Source: Somniosus microcephalus
Taxonomy: Eukaryota
Assembly (NCBI GenBank): GCA_052327205.1
Contig: CM126220.1
Location: 30,628,001-30,692,000, forward strand
Reading direction: 5' to 3'
Length of the DNA: 64,000 nucleotides
Of this stretch, positions 10,727-23,400 are shown one piece after another (position 1 is the stretch's first letter; every line of letters starts with the position of its first letter). The notes under the pieces are model-generated. The model saw only the letters and a program-made list of their open reading frames with translations. It searched no databases and was not told the DNA's origin. Made by a program: the position numbers and the translations under genes.

Positions 10727-12929
10727 GCGCACTTTACTCAATGCTGGTTTTGTTGTCAGACAAGCAGACCACTGCATTGGGATCCATCAGGTTGTCTGCT
10801 TGATAGCAGCCAGCAATATTTGAGGGCCAGTTTGGGCTGTAAGGTGTAGAGGCCCCTAAGCAGGAAAATTACAAGGGGGTCCCGCATCCACCCTTCACCA
10901 CACATCAAGCTAAAGTGAATCACAACAGTAACAGCATATCATTCTTTCCCTCCAAATCTTATCACTGAAGGACATGGGGTGGGCGGTGGGGGGGGGGGGG
11001 GGGGTGGAGTTTCAGCAGGTTTAATCGAGCCCCTCTCCCTCGTGCAAATCAATTTATCAATTTTAAATTCCAGCACCAGTCCATTTCTTTAATGAGATAC
11101 GCTTAGGAATTAATGCTGTGCATCCTCGACCTCAAAATAGAATCAATCCCCTTCCATAAGCCCCAGAGAAAGATACTTTGATCGTTCAGACTATTAGATG
11201 AGATTATATTATATGTTCCTTCCTCACTCAATACTTCTGACCAAAATTCTTGACAGGGTCAATTTTGTTATACTTTATGCAAATCTGTGGCCAAGAAGGG
11301 GAGGGGAAATTTGGAGGGGAGATGACTACAGAGACAGGCAAAAGAGTGCAGTAATTATTTTAAATGAATTCATTGCAGTTCAGTCCCAACTCTGACTGAT
11401 TATAGTAATCCATCATCTTGCACCCCAATGCTGACTTTGAAATCAAATAATCACTTGTTAGTCTTTTACAAAATTAAAACCATTGACTTCACCAATCATT
11501 ATAGGCAATTATTGGTCACATCTAATTGATCAGTCATCCTCCGAGATCTATTCTACATTGTCAGCATGTCTGTGAGATGATGAAAATTTCATTTAACTTC
11601 CACAAGAATGGACTCCAAGAAATAATGGTTTTGTTTTTCTATATTTTCCTTTATATATATATATATTTTTTTTAAATTCCTGCTCTATAGCTCTGTAATT
11701 TCAGACTCTTTACCCCCATTCTTTTCTCAGATGTCTGTGTGCGTGTGTGTGGTAGTGGAGGCAGTGAAATGGTCTGGAATATGGGATCCAACACAATGAT
11801 CAGACTTTATCCGCTGGGTGGGCATGGGCAGTCTAGGTGACAGTTGTGGGCAGGTGGGTTCTGTTACCCTTCCCTGTGGCAGCGATAGGAACCCCCCACG
11901 CCCATGGATTTAGCTATTTTCTAGATGCCTTGTTAGGCAGAGGGGTGAACCTGTGGCCACAGAATTAGGAGCTACTCTTTCGTGCCACCCACATTGCTGT
12001 GTCTGTGTTTGCATTTTGAGCCATTGGGATCATTTCTTTCTCAGATGGGGAATTTTCAATCAAGCCGAATCAATGTGTAACATAAATATTGATGCTCGTG
12101 AAAACCATTGAACAGCCCCATAGGGCAAACATTCAATAGCCAATGGCAACCTTAATATGTAGCAAATCCTGGTTTTAAGTAGTGAAGATAGCAGCTGGTA
12201 AGTGAGATGAAGACTAATTTACCTTTAATATAATAAAAAGCTACTTAACTTAGAAAAAGGAATTAATAAATAAGAGGGAAGGCCCAAATCCTAACTATTA
12301 GCTATAAATAAGAAAATAAATAAAACCTGATGCCACCAATAGATATCATAGGCTCAATAAACTAAAAGTGAACATTAGAAATAATTAAAAGAAATTAGAT
12401 GAAATTTATCTGTTATTCATAATTTAATATTCAGGGCAAATCAGCATTAGAAATCTATAAATAAATAATTGCTGGAAATAACTAAACAATTAAAGTGGAT
12501 AATGGCAGCAGCAGAAAGCAGTATGTTAGGTCTGCTGGATGTGAGAATTTGTGGACAGTGAGACTGTCCTGGATGACCACAGCTGTGGGAAATGTTTCTG
12601 GTTTGAGTCATTCCAGTTCAGAGTCATTAAACTGGGGTGCAAGGTAGAGACACTCCAACACCTAAGAGAGGGAGAGGAATACCTGGATAGATTACTCCAG
12701 AACATAGTCATACCACATAGAGAAATACAGGTATAGTAAGAGAATGATGTGACTGACAGTCAGCGGGATAGCGGGTACCTAGTGGAGGTAGAGAAAGAGG
12801 AATGACAGAAAATGGTCCTGTCAACAGTTATAAGGTACTTGCTACCTGTGGGGAGGATAGCCAAAATGCCAGCCAAGGCAACATAGAGCAAGAGGCAATT
12901 CAAAGGGATGGTGGTGGGGGATGGAGTAA

Positions 12930-13862
12930 CACAGAAACAGAGAAGATAGGAGCAGGAGTAGGCCATTTGGCCCTTCGAGCCTGCTCCGCCATTCAATGAG
13001 ATCATGGCTGATCATTCAAACTCAGTACCCTGTCCCTGCCTTCTCCCCATATCCCTTGATCCCTTTAGCCTTAAGAAATATATCCAACTCTTTCTTGAAT
13101 ATATTTAATGAACTGGCCTCCACCGCCCTCTGTGGCAGCGAATTCCACAGGTTCACCACTCTCTGGGTGAAGAAATTCCTCCTCATTTCAGTCCTAAATG
13201 TCCTACCCCTTATCCTTAGACTATGACCCCTGGTTCTGGACTCCCCGACCATCGGGAACATCCTTCCAGCATCTAGTCTATCTAGGCCTGACAGAATTTT
13301 ATAGGTTTCGATGAGATCCCCTCTTAATCTTCTAAACTCCAGTGAGTATAAGCCCAATCGACACAATCTCTCCTCATACGTCATTCCTGCCATCCCAGGT
13401 ATCAGCCTGGTGAATCTTCGCTGCACTCCTTCCATGGCAAGAACGTCCTTCCTCAGATAAGGCGACCAATACTGCACACAATACTCAAGGTGCGATCTCA
13501 CCAAGGCCCTGTACAACTGTAGCAAGACATCCTTGTTCCTGTACTCGGACCCTCTTGCTACGAAGGCCAACATACCATTTGCCTTCTTAACCGCCTGCTG
13601 CACCTGCATGCTTACCTTCAGCGACTGGTGCACAAGAACACCCAGGTCTCTTTGCACTTCCCCTTCTCCCAATCTATTGCCATTCAAATAATAATGTGCC
13701 TTCCTGTTTTTGCCACCAAAGTGGATAACCTCACATTTATCCACATTATAGTGCATTTGCCATGTTTCTGCCCAATCACCTAACCTGTCCAAATCGTACT
13801 GGAGTTTCATGACATCCTCCTCGCAGCATACCCTCCCCACCCAGCTTTGTGTCGTCTGCAAA
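12930..13862 (-). mobile_element. Young CR1 LINE 3' part
   Basis: Open frame DDTKLGG..LQYDLDRLGDWAETWQM..YRALVRSHLEYCVQYWSP..WNSLP; tail cctactcctgctcctatcttc. Confidence 0.95.
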
Positions 13863-14528
13863 TAGAAAGGTTGTAGTCTAAATAAACTAGGGTTTATTTC
13901 TAGTGGGATAGAATTGAAAAGTAGGAAAGTTATGCTAAACCTGCATTGAACCTTGGTTAGACCACACTTAGAGTACTGTGTACAGTTCTGGTCGCCATAT
14001 TGTAAAAAAGATATAGAGGCACTGGAGAGGGTGCAGAGAAGATTTACAAGGATGATACCAGAAATGCGAGGGTACACCTATCAGGAAAGGATGAACAGGC
14101 TGGGTCTCTTTTCTCTTGAAAAAAGAAGGCTGAGGGGTGACCTAATAGAGCTCTTTAAAATTATGAAAGGTTTTGATAGAGTGGACACAGAGAGAATGTT
14201 TCCACTTGTGGGGAAGAGCATAACTAGAGGCCATCAATATAAGATAGTCACCAAGAAATCCAATAGGGAATTCAGAAGAAACTTCTTTACCCAGAGAGTA
14301 GTGAGAATGTGGAACTCGCTACCACAGGGAGTGGTTGAAGCGAAAAGTACAGATGCATTTAAGGGGAGGCTGGACAAGTATATGAGGGAGAAGGGAATAG
14401 AGGGTTATGCTGATAGATTTAGATGAGGAAAGACGGGAGGAGGCTCGAGTGGAGCATAAACGCCGGCATGGACTGGTTGGGCCGAATGGCCTGTTTCTGT
14501 GCCGTATATCCTCTGTAATCTTATGTAA
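13863..14528 (+). mobile_element. CR1 LINE 3' part (second family)
   Basis: VRPHLEYCVQFWSPY..LERVQRRFTRMIP..WNSLP; tail gggccgaatggcctgtttctgtg. Confidence 0.93.
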
Positions 14529-14969
14529 ATGGATTCAACAATAGGAATATAGCAGGTATCCTCTGCAGTCGCGATCGAGAATCCAAGAGGATGTGTTGCC
14601 TCCCCAATGCCTCGGTAAGGGACATTTCAAAGTGGCTGGAAAGGAATTGGAAAGAGGTCCATGTTGGAACCAATGAAATAACAGGGAGGAGGTCCTGCTA
14701 AAGGAGGGAAAAGCAGGAGGGTGGTAATGATCCAGATTCCTATCGTAACCACGTGCTAATTGATATAGCGATAAACAGATCAGGAAAGTGAATGTGGGGT
14801 TGAAAGAGTGGTGTGTGAATTGGATACTGGCACCAGAACTGTGACAGGAAGGAGTGTACCGCTGGGATGGGCTGCACCTGAACTGGGCTGGGACCAAGGT
14901 CCTAGTGGAAAGAATAAATAGATCTAACAAAGAGATAAAAACAGATTCCAAATGGATTGTGATTAAAAC

Positions 14970-15050
14970 AAGAAAAATAAAGACTTAGATAGCACCTTTC
15001 GCAAACTCAGGATGTTCCAAAGCACTTTACAACCAATGAAGTATTTTTAA
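14970..15050 (-). mobile_element. Deu-SINE/L2-type tail fragment
   Basis: Reverse complement resembles 2795-2870. Confidence 0.6.
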
Positions 15051-15081
15051 AGAATAGAAAGAGATTGGTCACAATATTATC

Positions 15082-15460
15082 ATTGAAACGTATAAAATTC
15101 TGACAGTGCTAGACAGACTGGAAGCAGGGAGGATGTTTCCCCTGGCTGGGGGGTCTAGAACAAGGGGTCACAGTCTCAGGATACAGGGTAGGACATTTAG
15201 GACTGAGATGAGGAGAAATTTCTTCACTCGGAGGGTGGTGAACCTGTCGAATTCTCTACCACAGAAGGCTGTGGAGGCCAGGTCACTGAATATATTTAAA
15301 ACAGGAGATAGGTAGATTTCTAGACCAAGGGGTATGGGGAGAGAGTGGGAATATAGTATTGAGATAGAGGATCAGCCATGATCATATTGAATGGCGGAGC
15401 AAGCTCGAAGGGCCGAATGGCCTACTCCTGCTCCTATTTTTCCATGTTTCTATGTTTCTA
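15082..15460 (+). mobile_element. CR1 LINE 3' end
   Basis: ETYKILTVLDRLEAGRMFPL..; (CTATGTTT) tail. Confidence 0.92.
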
Positions 15461-15498
15461 TTAGGGGTACAGACCAGCAAATAGTGGAAAGGAAGTGG

Positions 15499-16190
15499 CT
15501 ACTTTTAGCGCCCCGGAAAAATTAGCGCCCCCATGGCTGAAATTCAGTGGTAGCGCCCCAAGAGGGAAGCGGAGTGCTACTGGAAGCGCTTTGCCTCCCT
15601 CTTGGGGCACTGCGAGGGAATATCATGGCGCTGCAGCACGTCGCGCCACGGTATTGCAGGCCTTCTGCCCCTTCTTAAAGGGGAGGGGCCTTGCCCAGCT
15701 GGGCCACCAGGGATTGGAGTGCTAGCAAAAGAGAACGGCACTCAAGAGAAGTGCTGGGCTCATGGAGCGCAGCCGGCACTTCACGGGGGGGGGGGGGGGA
15801 GGGGGGCGGGTCAGGAGGCTGGGGACGGCAGCGGAGGCAGGTGCTGGCAGGCAGCCAGCAACAAAAATGGCCGTCCGGCATCTCGCCTTTAAATAGCGTC
15901 ACCCCAGCCGCAGGTATGCCCCCCTGACCCCGTCGGACATAGCGTCTGGCGGTAAGTCAGGGGGCGCTACCGAAGATCGCGGCCGGGGCACGAGCGGGGT
16001 GCTGCGCATGGCGATGATGTCATCGCCGGCGGCGCAGCGCCGTGGGGTGCTAACGGTTAGCGCCGCCGCTAACCTCCCGCTAAGTTTCGCGGGAGGCTTT
16101 GGCGGCGCTGCGCCCGGGCGCTAGTTGCTTTGCACCCCATTAGCACCATCTCAGGGCACTAATGGGAGGTGCAAAGCAACCGAATTTCAA
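15499..16190. mobile_element. Non-autonomous Harbinger derivative (MITE-like)
   Basis: 15884-16190 aligns with 8258-8570 (cctttaaatagcg.caccccagcc; cgcccgggcgctagttg.tttgcacccca); ttcttaaaggggaggg shared with ~3947; TAGCGCC motifs. Confidence 0.8.
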
Positions 16191-19100
16191 ACTCCCCCCC
16201 AGAATTATAATCATGGGGGAATTTAAACTATCTCCAATTAAACTGGCAGGGAGAGGGAGTGAAAGTGGAGAAGGGTTGGAGTTTTTGTCATGTGTACAAG
16301 ACTCCTTTCTGATCCAATATGTAAAAAGCTCAATAAGGGAGGAGACACTAGTAATAGGAATGAACCAGAGCGGATAAGAGGAATAAGCGTGGGAGAACAT
16401 CTAAGGAGTAGTGATCATAATATAATGTTTAAGATAATTGAGAGTTATCAATAGTAAAAAGACCAAAGTACTGTAATAGATTGGAAAAGAGTCAACTGTG
16501 AAGGAATGAGGATGAAGGTGAGGGAGGTAAACTGGAGAAAAATATTGACAAACAAGGAGGTCGAACAACAGTGCACAATATTTAATGGAAAGATCAATAG
16601 AGTTCAGGAGAAATATATTCCACTAAAAATAAGAACAAACTAGTCAAGAATGAGATTCCATGGATAAATAAAGAGTTGAGGATAAGATTGAATCTAAAGA
16701 AAAAGGCGTAAATCACAAATAATAAAGGAAAAGACGACAAAGGTGAATATGATGAGCTTAGGAAAGAGGTTAAAAAGACAATTAGGAAGGTAAAAATTGT
16801 AAATATAAAATGAAAATATCAAAGAATGTAAAAAGAAAAAAAACGTATTCTATAGTCACAAAAGTAACAAAATGAGAATTAAGATAATGAGAGGGCCACT
16901 AAAGGATGAGCAAGGTAAACTCACAGGAGATAACATTGGAATGGCAAGGATACTGGATAAATACTGGGCTTCACTTTTCACTGACAAAGAGGAAATGACA
17001 AAGTAGAGGGAATCAAGTGGGATATTACAACAGTTAAGATGGGAAGAATGGCAAAACTAGCCAGACTTAAGGAATACAAAACCTTGGGTCTAGATGGACT
17101 GTGCCTGCAGATACTCAAATAAACTCGGGAGGAGATAGCAGAGGCACCAGCATCCATAGATAAAAATTCAATAGAAAAAGAATTAGTGCTGGAGGACTGA
17201 CAGACAGCAGATGTAATTTCTATCATCAATAATTAATCCAGGGAACTATAGACTAGTTAGCTTAACACCAGTGGTAGGAAACATATGGAATCTTTGCCAA
17301 AAGATGAGGTAACAAAACATCTAGAGATGAAAGACTAAAATAAGAAATAGTCAGCATGGATTTTTAAAGGAAGGTCATGTTTAGCCAACTTTATTGAATG
17401 TAGTAACAGTAACAGAAAAAGTAGACAAAGGCAGTGTAGTGGATGTGGTGACTTTCAGAAGGCCATATAAGAGACTCATGACAAAGGTCAGGGTGCGTGG
17501 AGTCAGGGGCCTGGTAGCAGAATGAATTAAAAGATGGCTACAGAACAGAAAAGAGAGGGTAGGGGTTAAGGGAGGTTTCTCAGACTGGTATGAAGTGGAA
17601 AGTGGTGTCCTACAGGGATCTGCGCTGGGACCACTCTTGTTTACCAGATACATAAACGATTCAGACTCAGGGTTCGGAGGTATGGTATCAAAATTTGCAG
17701 ATGATACGAAATTGGGGGGTAGAGCTAATAATGTGGAAGATTGCACCAAAATACAGGATGTCTTAAACAGGCATGCAGAGTGGCTGGATAAATGGCAAAT
17801 TAAATTCAATATCGCAAAGTGTGAGGTCGTTCATTTTGGTAGGAGGACTAAGGAGGTCATTTTATTCATTAGAATGTAAGAAACCAAATGGAGTAGAGCA
17901 GCAAAGAGATCTCTGAATATAGATCCATATAGCGCTAAAAGTAGAACCGCAAGCTGAGAAGGCCATCAGGACTGCAAACAAAGTACTGGGGTTCATTTCT
18001 AGATGAATAGAATACAAAAGGAGGGAGGTAATGTTAAATTTATATAGAACCTTGGGTAGACCACACATGGTTTACTGTGTGTGGTTCTGGTCTCCATACT
18101 ACAAAAAGGACATTAAAGCACTGGAGAAAAAAAAGTATAGAAAAGATTCAAAAGGAAGGTAGAGTGGGAGGAGGCTCATGTGGTGTATAAACACTGGCAT
18201 TGACCAGTTAGGCCAAATTACCTGTTTCTGTTCTGTAGATTCTATGTAATTCATCCTGAGCTGAATTAATAATGTATTTTTATGTTTAGAAAGGCATGCG
18301 ATGGCATGAATACTGGTTTTATTGATAGTTTGTTCTCAAAATCATCTGAAGCAACAAAATATATTTGTCAAATTGTCCCGGTATGATATATCCTTATTTC
18401 TTGTTCTAATCTCTCCGACCTACATCTTGCTCATGGAATGTAAAGACCAATGTGACTTCTTCTTCCTTAGTTGTGTTTTTCACAGGCACTTAAGAAGTCC
18501 AGAAGGCATTAAACTGACGCACCCAGTGCTCTCTGCTGCCCTGACTCTCCACGGTTGTAGCAGGATTATCCTTTCCGGAAACTATCCCAGTGCTTGAATT
18601 CTGTTTTTAGCAGGAGTTGGAAAAAGCTCCTTTATGCTTGTTTAAAAAAAAAACTTCATTGTTCTTAAAAGTACTGCAGGGTTTTTACAGTACATGCAAC
18701 ACAAGTTAACTTGGCGCTCTTTCTCTGTATCTCTATCTTTCTTCCCCATCCCATTTTTAATCTCTGTCTTACTATTTGTCTGTCTCCTTGTTTCCTTATT
18801 TCTCCTTTTATATCCGTCTTTCCATTTTTCTCCTGGCTCCCCAATTCTGCCCTGCCTTTGATTTTGTCTCTCTTTCTCATTGCGCCCCTCTTCTCTACTA
18901 GTACCTCCTCTCTACTCATTTACAGAGGTCAATTGGACTCTTTCTCCTTTGTGAGTGAAAAGACCCCAGCTATGAATGCCCATATTAAAAACAGGGCTGG
19001 TAAAATGGAAAAGCATTGCTTAGCATTTTCAGTTAACTGGAACCCAGATTGTAATACATAAGGACAGTGAATAACAAAATGTCCACTGGATTTTGGCAGC

Positions 19101-19834
19101 TCATTTAGAACCATGTCCTATTCCTTGACCGAGAGCAAAGTGTCACTATTTCTGGCTGCTTTATCACAGAAGACAAGAGCTGGCTGCTCTTGGCTCTCAC
19201 CATCAGTACAGCTGCGTGAAGCACTCGGGGATCTGACCCCATCAACTGAGTCCCAGCAGAGTTCTACCGAGCATGCTCAGAGCTTGACGTGTGACTTGAA
19301 TGTTTTTCAACACTCAGACACAGATCTGATTGGAGGACTCCCTGGAGTCATGAAGTACTACTCAGTCCTACTTCAGAGAAGTTGCGTGTTGCCAAGGCAT
19401 GTGTTTGTCTGGGCTTTACCCAACTTTCAGGAACATCATTTTTATTTTAGATAGTGATGATAGGAGAGGCCTGTCAACAACATGAGCTTCTTTATAAAGG
19501 TCAAACGGCATGAATTTCTACTCTTGTTCCTCATTATAAATCTATTCTGCCATTTCCAACATTCCTGTCGAACTGTTATTTCAATTAGTTTTAAATAAAT
19601 TATTAACAATAAGCACAAAATATTTAAGCTGATATGTTGCTCAAACTAGGATTGTATTAGCATTCTGCTCTGACTGCTGAAAATCAACAACGTTTGATTA
19701 ACCCTTCGTGTGAGCACCTCAGAGGTTCAGGTGGGTAAAGGGATGTCTGGTGAGGTACTGAGCCATTGACCAGAAAGGACCCCTTTACCATTCCTAGGGT
19801 GTCCTGAATTCGCTTACAAAGTATTACAAATTAT

Positions 19835-20232
19835 TTAAAGCACAGAAACAGGCCATTCCGCCCAACAGGTCCGTGCCGGTGTTTATGCTCAAGCCTCCTC
19901 CCATCCCTCTTCATCTAACTCCATCAACATATCCTTCTATTCCTTTCTCCCTCGTGTGTTTATCTAGCTTCCCCTTAAATGCATCCATGCTAGTCGCCTC
20001 AACTACTCCCTGTGGTAGTGAGTTTCACATTGTAACCACTCTCTGGGTAAAGAAGTTTCTCCTGAATTCCCTATTGGATTTATCAGTGACTATCTTATAT
20101 TTATGGCCCTTAGTTCTGGCCTCGCCCACAAGTGGAAAAACATCTTTGCGTCTACCCTATCAAACCCTTTCATAATCTTAAAGACCTCTATCATGTCACC
20201 CCCTCAGTCTTCTCTTTTCTAGAGAAAAGAGC
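19835..20232 (-). mobile_element. CR1 3' end inserted in an ancient SINE-like copy (19720-20400)
   Basis: Reverse complement of the family at 13863-14528. Confidence 0.88.
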
Positions 20233-20599
20233 TTATCTTAATTAAGGCAATAGTAGAAAGACTATAATTGGCCTCAGTGCCCCTGGACTAGCAATGAGAA
20301 TAATCAAGCGGGGCTCCCACTTCTGGCCCACTTGTAATCACTATCACATGATTACTGCTGGAAAGTGCAGGTGTGTAGAAAATATTGGGCTCATCTATAA
20401 TTCATTTATCAAGAACACCCGAACAATGTAAAACCTGATTGGTTCAGCAAGGAGCAGGCCGAGCATGGGAATGAGTATTTAGAGCCGGACCTGAGTCAGG
20501 TGAAAGGGCCGAAACTGTTTCCATTGAGCGTGGGAATGAGTGTTTGGAGCCGGACCGGAGTCCTATGTAATACGTACCATGTTACCAATTACCACCGAT

Positions 20600-20985
20600 A
20601 GTTCCCAGCCCCACCTCTTCACCACTTCTCTCAACCCATCGACCTGCCTCCGTGCTATTAGACTGCTTGTCCTAAGCCTCAGGAAGAGCAAAGTTATTGT
20701 CTTCAGCCCCTGCCACAAACTTTCCTTCCTTGCCACAGACTTTCTCCCCCTCCCCAGGCAGTCCCTCGGGTTGAACCAAAGCATTCACAATCTTGCTACT
20801 TTGTTCGACTGAGCTGAGCTTTAAATCCCACATCCGATCCATTACCAAAACCGCTTGCACCTGTCTCTGCTGCAGTGTGCCCTTCTGCCCCTACATCAGC
20901 CCTGCACCACCACCACCCCCACCCCAGCCCCCTCCCCAAACATTTAAACACTCAGTTTTCATTTCCAGACTTGACTACTCTTATC
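20600..20985 (+). mobile_element. L2-clade LINE RT fragment
   Basis: K(S)KVIVF.PCHKL, ELSFKSHIRSITKTA, FISRLDYS motifs. Confidence 0.7.
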
Positions 20986-21524
20986 GTGAATTGGTTTAGG
21001 AGACAAACAAATTGACGGTTGTAGAAGGAAACAATTGGAATTGTGTACAAAGGGTTACGTTGTTACTATTATTTTTGCCCTAATTTTATTCATCCTCTAT
21101 TATTAGTGCCCTCATTACTTTGACCTTCATGAGGATTGTTATTGCCCTCAGATTCTGGTAGAATGCCTTCCATTCCATGAAAACTGTTATTTTCCTATGA
21201 GGCTGAGTTTTGTCCTTGTTTCTTTTACCAGCCTGAATCTCAAACTGCGGTTCTTTGCAATCTAATGGCTTCAGTAGAAATGGAAACGTGCTTTTGGGAC
21301 CAGCTGGTTACTGATGCTGGGCAGAAATTAAAGGGGCCAGAAACTCTCTCAGGGCTTGACCCAAATATTGGTTCTTACCACGAGGAGGGCAGAAGAGAGG
21401 GAGAGGTGCTCACATCCAGATCCTCTCCAACCTTCAGTGGCTCTGGCATTCCATCCATTGCTGTCACAACTAGCACCGACACCCCTTTTCTGTCCTTACC
21501 TGTGGTTGTTGGTACTGCTGTGGG

Positions 21525-21860
21525 ACAACCTCAAAGCCTCCTTGAAAAAGTGCAACATCCTCTCCAACACCTGGGAATCCCTGGCTCAAGACCGCTCAAA
21601 GTGGAGGAGAAGCATCCGGGAAGGCGCCGAACACCTTGAGTCTCTTCGCCGGGAGCAAGCGGAAGCCAAGCGCAAGCAGTGCAAGGAGCGCACGTCAACC
21701 CAAGCACCCCACCCACCCGCCCCTTCAACCACCGTCTGCCCCAGCTGTGACAGAGACTGTAGGTCCCGCATTGGACTCATCAGTCACCTGCGAACTCATT
21801 TTTAGTGTGGAAGCAAGTCATCCTCAGTTCCAAGGGACTGCCTAAGAAGTAAGAAGAAGG
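21525..21860 (+). mobile_element. RTE LINE 3' fragment
   Basis: DNLKASLKKCNI..WESLAQDRSKWRR..CPSCDRDCRSRIGLISHLRTH; AAG tail. Confidence 0.9.
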
Positions 21861-23294
21861 GAAGGTGAGAAAATTGTCTGGCTCCCCTAGCCCTCTCCCC
21901 CCCCCCCCCCCGAAGTCATTTAAATGTTAAATGTGGCTTGGCGGTCAAGGGTGGGTGGTTTGGGGAGGGAGGCGGGGGGGGAAATTTTGTGCGCCGTTCC
22001 AAGGGGTGAGGATCCAGCGGTAGGCCGCCTCGCCCCAATTTTCCTGCTCTACTGCCTGATTTTGGCCAGTGCAGCAGAAGAAAATCCAGCCCTGAGCTTC
22101 GATTTTGAAGAACATCACAGCTGAACCTGCACCTGGGCTCACCCAATTTCCACAAATGAGCACCTTCTGACAGGAGCACCGGATAACAATCCAAACAAAG
22201 AACCACGAGTGAAAGTTCTGCTCGGAGTGTTGGAGCCCCACAGCTGCTGCACCACGCTGATCAAATAGCTCAGCACAGACTGGAGATGGAACATGGGACC
22301 GTCCTGGCCTGAATGGTTTAGTATTACATTAGGTGGTGAGGACCATTCTACCAGACGAGTGAGCAGCTTCAAAAGCAGGTTTAAATAATGAAATGAGCAG
22401 GCCCAATCAAAGAATAGTGATACAGAATTGGATTAGTATCAGCCATGACAAATTCACATCCCAGCCCATGCCGCCCTCTTAGTGGAATAAGGACTCATGT
22501 TGGCAGTAGGCAATTGCCTGGGGAAACACAAGGAGATTAAGAGAGAGGAGGAGGGAATAAATGAATAGGACAAATGTAAACAATTCCACTGCTGGATTAA
22601 TAATAGACTATTGACTTAGCCAAGGTTTAATGACCTTATTTACATGCATGGTGTGACTCCAAAGGCAACAACAATGTAGACCGGTCAATAACCTCCATCT
22701 TTCTGTGCTGTCAAGCTGCCGGCCAGTGCTTTGGTTGGGGCCCAGCATAGGTCTCAGTCCCAATGGGAATAATAGACGAAGGGAACACAGCGTGCTGATA
22801 ACTCAAACCCTGCCACAGAACCCACAAGACGCTGACATTAAGCATTGGTCATGCATATAAACCTTGACAACACACTAGTTGTTTAGGGAAATATAATTGA
22901 AATGCTGTAAATACCGACAGAGTGGCGCATGAAAATCCCAGCGACAGAGAGACTGCTTTTAAAGGGGCATTATCTTTTTTCTAGAAATGTATGACAATCC
23001 CTTTTTAGTTGTTTGTGAAGTACTCAGCAGAATGATGTGAACGGTGTCAAAGTCTGTCACTGCATCATAAAAGTACAATTGCATTATTTACGTGTGATGC
23101 TGCAACATAAATATGCACAGTTCCTGTGGTTATATTTCATCCATGTTGACCAAGATAGGCCCCAGCACCCCCTTTCCACTAGGTCCTCTAGTGAGGACAC
23201 TGACCAGGCCCCCCTCAATCTTGCAGCCATTGCCCACTGATACCCATTGTCCTAAACAACCACACTAGCCAGTGAGTGTTGGAAGGCCATTAAA

Positions 23295-23400
23295 GGAAAG
23301 AAAGACTTGCATTTATATAGCGCCTTTCATGACCTCAGGTCATCCCAAAGCACTTAACAGCCAAAGAAGTACTTTTTGATGTGTAGTCTCTGTTGTAATT
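23295..23400 (-). mobile_element. Deu-SINE tail fragment
   Basis: aaagacttgcatttatatagcgcctttcatgacctcagg is the reverse complement of the Deu/L2 tail. Confidence 0.8.

Larger units (their letters stand above)
12500..18250 (+). mobile_element. Old near-full-length CR1 LINE (ORF1 zinc finger/coiled coil and esterase; ORF2 APE-RT) with nested insertions
   Basis: ORF1-like CGKC..REGEEYLD (12550-12720); esterase-like CCLP..VRDI..HVGTN (14540-14930); APE-like RPANSG (15470) and IIMGEF (16205); RT SGVLQGSALGPLLF..FADDTKLG (17600-17720); tail ~18250. Confidence 0.8.

Noticed and set aside
13022-14077. 351-aa ORF as a single gene
   Set aside because: Chimeric read-through from the antisense of one CR1 into a 5'-truncated second CR1.
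18700-18950. Hydrophobic ORF 18711-19061 resembling a membrane protein
   Set aside because: Translation of a CT-rich low-complexity tract.
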